From: Octopus vulgaris
Lineage: Eukaryota
Direction: 5' to 3'
Length of the DNA stretch: 64,000 bases
NCBI GenBank assembly: GCA_951406725.2
Contig: OX597815.1
Span: 62,186,001-62,250,000 of the forward strand
This document shows positions 54,244 to 64,000 of the stretch, in pieces. A program made the translations under genes and the position numbers. The notes beneath the pieces are model-generated. The model was not told the origin of the DNA, made no database searches, and saw only the letters and a list, made by a program, of their open reading frames with translations. Numbering within the stretch: the stretch's first letter is position 1; each line of letters starts with the position of its first letter.

Positions 54244-55329
54244 TTGTGTGTGTTTATATTATAATGGAGAAAGCTGCTTATTAATTAGGAATAAAACAGT
54301 TACTAAAAGAAAGCAATTGAAGGCTCGACCGTCTGGAAATTCTTTTATAGATTCATGTTCCAAGTAATTTCCTGTAATTTCGATTTCTGCAGTTTATTGA
54401 ATATTTGAACTATATCTTTTTCACAAATTGAAATATTCGTTGCATTCACTGCGGAGAAGATTTTAAAGTTTGATATTAATTCGTTGCAGGCGAAAATTTC
54501 CGTTTTCATTTGCAACAGTCTCTCACTCTCTCTCGCCTATATTTTCATTAATGATAACTTAATATGTATTCATTTCAATGTTTTCATTTCAAGTTTTATT
54601 TCGCCATTTTCAAAACCCACAGTTTGTTTTATATACGTAATGTAAAAAAAAAAAAATTGAATGAATGAATGCTATGAGACAAAATAGCTGTATAACTTTG
54701 GGGCTTACGAGACACAATTCCAAGAATAATGTTTGCAGAGTTTGTTGAATATTTTGGATAGGATTAATTTTTTTTTAATATACCGGTGTAATCTTTTTAA
54801 AATTAGAAGTGATTTTGTTGGTATGGCTATTTGGAACGCTATAAGCCTTACAATAATAACTATTCCTAGCATGCTAAGTGTAGTTGAGTTACCTTGAAGT
54901 TTATATAAATTAGAAATGTATTACAACTACGATAAATTACTGAAATAAATATTTACGAAGCAAATGCGATTCTTTATAAATTGAACTTTTCAGGAAAATT
55001 TACTTTCTGAACTTCCTTTTATTGTTGAATATTTCAATTTAAATATTCAGTACAAGATAGTTTTTAACGAGCTTTTTCTTATACGATTTTTTCATTTCAT
55101 GTTTATTGCATTCATTGTATGCAATGTTCTCTCTCCTTCTCTCTCTCTCTCTCTCTTTCTCTCTCACACACACACTGTCTCTCTAATATAAACATACACA
55201 GTCTCTGTAACATAAACACACACACACACACACACTCCAGGTTTGATTTCGTTATTACACAAATATAACAATTAGACTTTTGCAATTCAACTTGAGGCGT
55301 CCAAAAAAATAGTATCCGGCTGAAAAAGA

Positions 55330-56117
55330 GCATTTAGCAGTAAGGGCACGACGGCAGAGAGAAAGACGGGCAACTGAATCAGATAAAACCAGGGAAAAGC
55401 GACTGAAACAAATGTCTGAATATGCACATAAATGCAGAGATGATTCTGTTTCCGTTACACATGACCGACTGGTTAGGGTATCTCGTAAGAAGAATATTCT
55501 ACTTCAAAATAAGACACTGAGTCACTCTTCACCGTCTGTGACTGTTCAGCTGCCTATTGATAATCAGTATCAAATGGGAAGCCTTCCAAACTTCAGTAAG
55601 ATACAAAGAGAAACACCAGTGCCAACAAACAGAGTGCTCAGAGAGGAAACCCAATATTTACAGCCGGAGTACAGACGACGAAATTTTCACACTAGGAAGA
55701 ATTCTGCTAAAGGATTAGCAATGAAAACCAGTTTCGATAATTTTCAAGAACAGGCTGTCCTCTCTATTGTACAGCCACATAATTGAGGGAGTCTCTTTGA
55801 TAATGTTTGTTCATACTGCAAAGCTTGCAGATGGACTGCTGAATTAGAATGTCTATGTTGCTTTGAGGGGAAGGTAAAACTTGACAAACTGTTTCCTCCT
55901 CCGTAGTTGGACTACTATACCTTCATGTTTATTTAAAAAAGAGAGATTATGACTGTGATAAAATAATGAAAGCAATATTAACTAAGCAAGTGAGCACTAT
56001 TATACAAAGAAATAATTAGATGCAAAATATTATAAAAATTATTAGAATTGAGAATCAAATGTTAAAATATTATCAAGTGGCTAGCAGAAAACCACCCGAA
56101 AGACGTTCTTTCTGCTA

Positions 56118-56118
<1 letters not shown>
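55330..56118 (+). mobile_element. Internally deleted Helitron relic
   Basis: 55790-55905 reads GSLFDNVCSYCKACRWTAELECLCCFEGKVKLDKLFPPP (Helitron C..C.A...E...CC..GKV.L...PP motif); ends in hairpin ctagcagaaa...tttctgCTAG followed by T; 5' end not located. Confidence 0.7.
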
Positions 56119-56165
<47 letters not shown>

Positions 56166-56492
56166 GCACGCACACCGTATGTATTTATATTACTACTACA
56201 TAGTCTTGTATAACATTACTCATGTCAAGTAATTATTAGACATCATTTATATGTACGTTTCTTTAGTGTATTTTAATGCATCTTTGTGTGTGCGTGTGCA
56301 TCTGTATGGGAGCGTGTTCATATCTCGGTTGTGTACGTGTTGTTCTGTGTGAAACTGGTGTATCTCTTATCCTCGCCGTAGCAAGTTTAAACAGCTAACT
56401 GCTTTCTTGTCTTTATTATTATTTTTTTCTCATCTACCACCCCGAAATATACTATTCACATACCCTTATATGTCCACAACCTGCGCACCTAC

Positions 56493-56516
56493 CAGCTCTC
56501 AAGTCTGGACGACCAC
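56493..56516 (-). CDS. Candidate 24-nt microexon
   Basis: Minus strand ttattttactttag/GTGGTCGTCCAGACTTGAGAGCTG/gtaggt. Confidence 0.3.
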
Positions 56517-57404
56517 CTAAAGTAAAATAATAATATAAATAATAAATGTAATGGGGTATTACGCCTCTATTACAAACAATCAAGTACCCCTATCCCACCC
56601 GTGCTCGCAGCCAATATCACCAATCAATAACCACTTGAAATCTATCTTTTCACATCGCCATCAAGCAATCTGTCACTTACTCCCCATCACCCCACACACA
56701 ACCGCTACCGACACCACCACCACCATCACTAGAGTCTTGCCCTATTTCTAGCAAACACCACCCTGCAATAAATGCCCCACCTTGTGACAATATGTTTCCC
56801 CCCTCATAGACATAGTTATACCAACCCCACAAGCCACCGCTGCTACCACCGCTGCTACCACCACCATCACCATCGCCGCCGCCGCAAACTTTACTAACAC
56901 ATCTCCTACGTTACGTTGTAGCATATACAATGCTTATTTGAAATGCAAATAAAAAAAGTTTAAAAAAAGAAATTCCATGGTAGCCGACCGTTTACGAAAT
57001 TCACTATGACAACATCAACAACACTAACAACAACAACATCAACACCGCCGCCGCTATCACCACTGCCAACACCAACAACCACAACTGTAACATCAACACC
57101 ATCAACAGTACCCTGTTATTACAACTTAAATTTCTCCACTTCACCAAATGTTCTCAATCACCAACCTCACCAACGCCAATAAACATCACCACACCGTCTC
57201 TATAACCACCAACACCACCCTAAAGAAATCAATCGATAGATAGACAGACAAGCAAGCAGTTGGACAGAGATAGATAGGTAGATAGATAGATAGATAGATA
57301 GATAGATACATAGATAGCGAGAGGGAGACAGATATAGAGAGAGATAGAGAGAGAGAGAGAAAGAAAGAGAGAGAGAGATTGACAGGCTGTGTAGCATACA
57401 TTAC

Positions 57405-57532
57405 AGAACTGTTGGAGGCCGCTTTGGCCTCTGAAGACTCGACCGTAATGGGGTGGGTGTAACTAAACTAGACATCCGGTCCAGGTGTTCCCAGCCAGCG
57501 GGATCTTTTGTCGGAACTAATGCTGCTAGGCT
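57405..57532 (-). CDS. Candidate host-gene exon (unidentified product)
   Basis: GC-richer unique island between microsatellites; acceptor tattttctaaag, donor TCT/gtaatg; single open frame SLAALVPTKDPAGWEHLDRMSSLVTPTPLRSSLQRPKRPPTV. Confidence 0.4.
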
Positions 57533-57644
57533 CTTTAGAAAATATACACAATGAAATCTATACGCATGCAAACACACGCACATGCACACAACTATACAAA
57601 TATGTGTGTGTATAATACATAAGTGTCTATACACACACACACAT

Positions 57645-57677
<33 letters not shown>

Positions 57678-57825
57678 CACACGCACTAATATGTGTGTGT
57701 GTGTGTATGCGTATGCAACAGACATGGCATTACAATTGTATATTTAGCTACACACGTCATTGTGTGTTTCTGTGTGTGACTGTGTGTGTGTATGTGTTCG
57801 TGTGTGCGTGTGTGTGTAGCTTTAA

Positions 57826-57872
<47 letters not shown>

Positions 57873-57974
57873 TAAAGTTAATCCAAACAAGAAAACACAA
57901 AAAAACACAGCAACGCGAGGACATGGAACAAATGTAGTATTATTAGACGCTCAGGAAAGAAGGGAAGAAGGAGG

Positions 57975-58009
57975 GTTTAACGTTTCGAGCGGAGCTCTTC
58001 GTCGGAAAC
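57975..58009 (-). ncRNA. Minimal type I hammerhead motif (U4C variant) inside a roughly 200-bp insert (57880-58080) in a (TA)n tract
   Basis: Minus strand: GUUU-CCGACGA-a-GAGC ucc GCUC-GAAA-C-GUU-AAAC; palindromic ACGU stem III. Confidence 0.7.
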
Positions 58010-59059
58010 ATAGGAGAAGGAAAGATCCCGAGAAGGGAAGACAGAGGAAAAAAAATCGCCAACGGTACACACGAGGTCACATATATATATACACATACAC
58101 ACATTATATATGTGTGTGTATATGCATTATTTACCTACGTACATACACGCATGATATATATGTCGTATGTATGTATGTATGTATGTATGTATGTATGTAT
58201 GTGTATGTATGTATGTATGTATGAATATGAATATACTAAATACACTATACATCACCCATGATGCCTCGTCTAACTGAATTAATTGCACAATCAAACCGAC
58301 CGATATTCAGATAAATTTTTCTGTGTTTTGCGTATGATATCATATTGTTTTTGATTCAGACAAAGTTTTCAAACTCTAATTATCCGTAATTTAATTTTCC
58401 TATTGACTAATTAATATTTGAGCGTTAACAGTAGATTGTGTATCAATTTTCTGGTGTCTTTTTCATCAAATTGATTATTCGGTGGTGAAATTTATGGTAC
58501 TGCTGTTGTTTCGTAGGTCATACTTGCATCACAGACTCGTACAAACTGACTATACAGCTGTTGTATCGAGTCGTTTCAATAGAAATGTCTCGGAGTATGC
58601 AGCTATTATTTTTAAAATTCTCGTATAGCTATCGTCATTAAAAAGCAAATCACGTATCGTGTATTAGGATTATCCCTAAAAACCCGTTGGATTTACTTCT
58701 TTCACTCTCAGAGATTACTCAAGGGGATTGAGCGAAGTCTGTGACTTACCTAATCCTTGACAAATTAGGGAGACTAATGCAGTCATGCAAAGCTCGTATA
58801 CCCCTAAGCTGGTGTGTGGGGGAAAGAGAGCGAGGAGAAAAATCTAGGTTCTGGGAGGAAGGGTTGAGCTCAGTGTGGTAGTGGGGTTTGGCTAGTGGGA
58901 TTCAAAGGAGGAGTCACAGGAGAAGAAAACGGTGAATAAGGTTGTTACCATACGCCAACTGGTTTGATGTCTCAGTAAGCTGTCTTTAAAGTATTTTCTC
59001 AAGGTGATGTGGCAATATTTTGGTGTGGGTGGGGTTACTTTAGAATGCGACATCTTTTC

Positions 59060-59223
59060 TCTTACTTATTTCAGTTATTACACAACGGCCATGCTGGGAC
59101 AGTCGAATGAATCGACCCAGTTCTTATATTTTTAAAAGCATGGTACTTATTGTATCGGGCTCTTATGGGGATTAAACACACCAACACCACTTGTCGACAC
59201 CACGCACACACACACACACACAC

Positions 59224-59289
<66 letters not shown>

Positions 59290-59445
59290 CGGGCTTCTTT
59301 CACTTTACGTCTACGAAATCCACTCACAAGGCTTTAGTTGGCCCAAGGCTATAGTAGAAGGCACTTGCCCAAGATGTTACGCAGTAGGACTGAACTCCGA
59401 ACAACGTGGCTGTGAAGCAATGTTCTTACCACACAGCCACGCCTG
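59060..59445 (-). mobile_element. SINE family C
   Basis: ggccatgctggg...(CA)n...aatccactcacaaggc...cttaccacacagccacgcct. Confidence 0.85.
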
Positions 59446-59595
59446 CTCCTCTACGAAATTAATGAATTCATTTGAGTTTCTCTTCTTTTTTTCTTTTTTT
59501 GTAAATTATGGTAAATTTATGGAAATTACCAAGGCTCTTCGACTTTAATTTTGCATATGTCTAAGTCACTTGCTTACTGGAGATAGTGTCGAACA

Positions 59596-59640
59596 ATTGT
59601 ACTGATGACAGCTATTGAGCGAGAAACACGGGTCCATGAC
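59596..59640 (+). ncRNA. Degenerate hammerhead motif
   Basis: CUGAUGA-ca GCU auug AGC ga-GAAA-C ACGG GUC; core intact, stems I and II imperfect. Confidence 0.45.
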
Positions 59641-59783
59641 TGTTCTCTTATCTTCAGACAATAATCTCGTCCCTTTCGTTAATGTCAAGTCAGTTTTGGA
59701 GAACTCTTGATTCTGAATGTTATCTCCATTTCTCCAGTGTCATTTGGTATTTATGATACATCCTCTAGAGGCGAAGATTTGTT

Positions 59784-59818
<35 letters not shown>

Positions 59819-61512
59819 CACGCATATGCATACATACATATACGTATACATACATACACGTTTGTGTGTGTGTGTTAATTTTGTCCATTCATAACGGGAC
59901 GCGATTCTTTTGAGCTTATTTAAAAAAAATTCAAGTGGGATGTGGGAGAAGGAATTGTTGAGCCAGTTAGCTTTAACATAGAACAGCTATCACTAATTGG
60001 CAGGAAAGTTGCGCCGTAGAATACTTTATGCTTATAATTGTTTGTATTATATTTCTGAGAATAAATTCTGTTAAGTCTCACCAGACCATTTTGTGTTTTA
60101 ATGTTTTTGGTATTCCTCCCATTCTTGACTTGTATTAGATGACCACCCACACTAGTTTGGCTATTATGTTGAGTCAGTGGCACACAACTACGTAAATTAT
60201 TCCAGTTCAGCTAAATTATTGTAAAACCATTATAGCATTGTTATCAGGGGATTCTTATAACCATTCAGAGAATTCGTCAAAGGCTACGCATGATCAAGCT
60301 TCACCTGTCTTCAGCTGTGGTATTTCCGGAAGCTAATTTTGGTTTGCCGTCATGACTTTATAATAAAATTGCTGTTATTATTGTTTAAGCTTCCTTTGAT
60401 ATCGACTGGATAACAAATATTTGCCGAGCGACAGCCAGTCACCTAGGGCAGGTATTATAGTGTAATGCTATTATTCAACACAACTTCCGGTCTTGCTGGG
60501 TTCTATAAAATATAAAAAAAGATATAAAATATTTTGAGAATATAGATTACAAGGACAAGAACTCAGGTAGACTGTCAGCTGTTCTATGTGGTGTTTAGTA
60601 CAATTGTTTTGCATTTCGTGTATTAGGTTTTCCAAGTAAGTTTATCTTCACCTTTTGATGCAACTCTCTTCTCTATACTGTGTTTTTCCTCCATCTTTCT
60701 CTAATTCCCTTTTCTCTCCCCTCCTTCACCGTTTCAATCAGTCTCTCTATCACCCTCTTTCTCTTTTTTTTTCTCTCTCTTTCTCTCGTGGCTCACAGCT
60801 GACCATCGTCCATCTTTCTTTTCCTGCACGGACGTTAGAAAGAACGGACGTGTTTTTTTTTCTTCCTCTTCTATCTTTTCTCTTTTCAAAAAATGTTTCT
60901 CTCAGTGTTCACTATTTTCCTCTCGTTCTGGTCTAACGACACTCCATGTTTGTTTTCGTTCGGTTTCCTTGTATGTCTTTACTGTCATAACTAGATATAA
61001 GTAACTGTCGATAAAAAGAGGCTCTTTTTATGGACAGTTACTTATATACATTTGACTACTCCTACTGTCTTCTTTCCCTGAGGAAAAAGGATACATATGA
61101 TAATATTTATGACCATACCTAGCCATGAGCTGTCAACTCACTCTTGTCCTTTATTCAAAACAGACAAAATCTTCAAGTCTTAGATTTAGTAGTTGATAAA
61201 GAGATAAATGAGTTAGAAATGAATTACAATCCCTTACAGCACTATGACCCTAAGTAGGCTTCACGCGATTCTTGGAAGTGTAGTCTATTCTTAAGCGACA
61301 ACATGACTATCTTCCATCTTCTTTCTCTGTTAAAATATTTGAGAAAAATTATATTAATGCGTCCTACTGGTTAAAATTCTATTTATTTATTTGTGCAGTT
61401 GGAGATGGCACTGCCTTTGAATTGATGTAATGAATGTAATGACTGCATTGTTCAATTAAATGGAGCCGCTTGAAACGGTCGTACTACATCACTATCTGAT
61501 ATCCTGTTGCTA

Positions 61513-61605
<93 letters not shown>

Positions 61606-61610
61606 TAAAG

Positions 61611-62477
61611 GGGCATTTGAATGTAACTGTGAATATAATAGGCCGAACTGTTCGTGTCTTTGATCTCGTGTTAATATGTAGCGTGCAGTTCAATAAATTA
61701 TATTTTATGACGTACTCTACCGATGATCTGAGGATAGTTATGTAAGGAAAATTGCATAATTTATTAACAGGGAAACAACTGTATGGGGTTAATCTATATT
61801 TTTGTTATTTTTCATTTGTCCTGCTCGCTTACGTTCTTAGTGTGCTAAATTTTTCTCGAGAACAATTCTTAGTGGTTCAGTCCCTTTGCGGATCTATATC
61901 TAGCGTAAGAGCGTCCACATAGTGGATTCTCTCTCATATTTGTGTATTAATAATATTTACTGAATCTCAGTCTTTTATGCGCTAGGCCACTGGTGTTTAA
62001 ATTGATGTTATTAAATTAATATCAAATCTTTTCACCCTCATTTTGACTTTAATCATAAATTAATATGGTCTCAAACCGGCGTAAACTACTGCAGTGAATT
62101 ACTCATGCAGCATTTATTTCCGGAAATTTGGCGCGCTAGAACGAGGGCATTTGAATGTAACTGTGAATATAATAGGCCGAACTGTTCATGTCTTTGACCT
62201 CGTGTTAATATATAGCGTGCAGTTCGACAAATTATATTTTATGACGTACTCTACCGATGATCTGAGGATAATTATGTAAGTAAAATTGCATAATTTATTA
62301 ACAGTGAAACAATTGTATGGGGTTAATCTATATTTTTGTTATTTATCATTTGTCCTGCTCGCTTACGTTCTTAGTGTGCTAAATTTTTCTCGAGAACAAT
62401 TCTTAGAGGTTCAGTCCCTTTGCGGATCTATATCTAGCGAAAGAGCGTCCACATAGTGGATTCTCTCTCATATTTGT
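61611..62477 (+). mobile_element. Retrozyme-like element: two 333-bp direct repeats at 534-bp period, each with a type I hammerhead motif
   Basis: 61611-61943 and 62145-62477 are near-identical; motif ACUCUA-CCGAUGA-UCUG...CAGG-GAAA-CAACU GUA-UGGGGU at 61714-61789 and 62248-62323; (TA)n on both flanks; no ORF. Confidence 0.8.
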
Positions 62478-62577
62478 ATATATATATTTATAAATAAGGA
62501 TAATATCGATATTATCAAGTGGCCAGAATGTGAATAAATACCATACAAGGGTAATAATTTTTCACGACTTATATATA

Positions 62578-62730
62578 TATACGACAGGCTTCTGTCAGTT
62601 TCCGTCTACCAAATTCACTCAAGGTTTTGGTCGGCTCCAGGCGATAGTAGAAAATACTTGCCCCAAGGTGTCACGCAGTAGGACTGAACCTGGAACTATG
62701 TGGTTGGGAAGCAAGCTTCTTACCACACAG
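62578..62730 (-). mobile_element. SINE family C, 5' half
   Basis: cagtttccgtctaccaaattcactc...aggactgaacctgg...cttaccacacag. Confidence 0.85.
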
Positions 62731-62734
62731 CGAC

Positions 62735-63058
62735 TGAGTTTAAAAAAAAATATTTTTAGAACTCCTAGTGTTCCAATCACAACTGATATAGTTTCAATCT
62801 TCCAGTGCCCCATCCTTCTTATTTAAATTTCACGATTTTTATACATGGCAAGTGTGTCATATTCTTTGGCTGGTGTATTTTTTCAGTTGGTATAGGCGTA
62901 GGCGTAGGCGCGGCTGTGTAATAAGTGTACTTCACAAATACATGTTTCCGGTTTCAATCCCATTGCATGGCATCTTGGACAAGTGTCTCCCACTATAATC
63001 TCTGGCCAACCAAAACTTTGTGAGTGGATTTAGTAGACGGAAAATGAAAGAAGCCCGT

Positions 63059-63089
<31 letters not shown>

Positions 63090-64000
63090 TAGTTGTGTCT
63101 TCGTCCCCACTACTTGCTGATAACCAGTGTTGGTGTGTTTACGTCACCATAACTTAGGCAAAAGAGACCGATAGAATAAGTACCAGGCTTAAGAAAGTAA
63201 GTACTGTGGTCGACTAAAATTCTACAAGGCCGTGCCCCAGTATGTCCGCAATCTAATGATTGAAGCAACTAAAGATAATGATAAAAGATAAAATTCATGT
63301 GTAAGTAGGTTAGTCTTGGTGTCTTTAACGATAATATCTGGGGTGTGGTCATTAATTCCATGATCAGTAATGTCTTACAGGATGTTAGCGCTGCTACTTT
63401 CAACTACTGGTTTAGTTTAGTGTTCATACTTACTTCTCGCATGCTTGGAATCGAGGTTTTTGTATACAGTCTACTTAATATATTGGCCAGTTTTGTCGTG
63501 TCTAGCTTCATATTCTGTTGGAGCCAGGGCTGGGTATCCAGCTACTATATGGTCAATTGTTTCGCCGTGACCATTACAGACTCTGCATTTAGGGACTGCT
63601 CCTATTTTTGAGGACGTTAGTTCGATATTTATTGGGAATAAAATCTAGTCCTAGGCAGCAAGACTGAATCCTTCTGTTTCTGACTTCAATCCTGAGCTCC
63701 ATAACCACTGATGGGATTTTGATTGGTTTTTATCAGCGTCCTGAGCACGGAGTGGGTATTGGTCAAAGACAAATTTCTGCTGCCACCTTTCAAGTTATTA
63801 AATCCTTCAACTATGTATTTTATGATAGGAGCTTTCTGGTTTTTGTAACCATTCTTTGTAGCTCAGCTTGGTTCTAGTTGATGAAATCCATTTTGTATAC
63901 CAAATACTACTAAGGTGTTAATAGCTTCTCTGCATTTCTTGGATTTCAATTCAGTTTTCAGAACCAGTCTTACTCTTCTGTACTACTTCTTTCGAGTCCC
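62735..64000 (-). mobile_element. R4/Dong-type C-terminal fragment (CCHC plus REL), interrupted by a SINE C at about 62900-63290 (+)
   Basis: WLWSSGLKSETEGF, KPVVESSSANIL, TDHGINDHTPDIIVKD, then beyond the SINE IRRMGHWKIETISVVIGTLGVLK. Confidence 0.8.

Noticed and set aside
58700-61480. Possible further PLE relics (58700-59050, 59900-60500, 61050-61480) and 41340-41700
   Set aside because: Motif matches too weak without a profile search
61611-62477. LTR retrotransposon/TRIM or CRISPR interpretation of the direct repeats
   Set aside because: No TG...CA ends, PBS or PPT seen; only two long repeats, no repeat-spacer array, eukaryotic context

Overview
Eukaryotic, AT-rich, microsatellite-saturated DNA with no intact protein-coding gene, no rRNA and no true tRNA. 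Most ORFs in the track are translations of (TA)n, (CA)n, (CATA)n, (TAA)n, (GAT)n and (CTT)n tracts. The repeat repertoire looks like a cephalopod (Octopus-type) genome; this is an inference. Recognisable content: at least six decayed R4/Dong-type non-LTR retrotransposon pieces, a CR1/L2-type LINE 3' end, several Penelope-like element (PLE) relics, a full-length but broken DD37D (maT) Tc1/mariner, a deleted mariner, a Helitron relic, two ORF1-only zinc-knuckle elements, about 25 tRNA-derived SINE copies built from shuffled modules, and a few candidate minus-strand host exons. The most striking unexplained signal is a set of small non-coding elements next to (TA)n tracts that carry minimal type I hammerhead ribozyme (HHR) motifs. 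One is a retrozyme-like 534-bp-period direct repeat (61611-62477). Several are fold-back/inverted-terminus elements (24662-24982, 44951-45416, 45513-45721, 28409-30693), many with a compensatory U3:A8 core (UUGANAA instead of CUGANGA). All calls come from reading the sequence by eye, and coordinates of decayed repeats are approximate.
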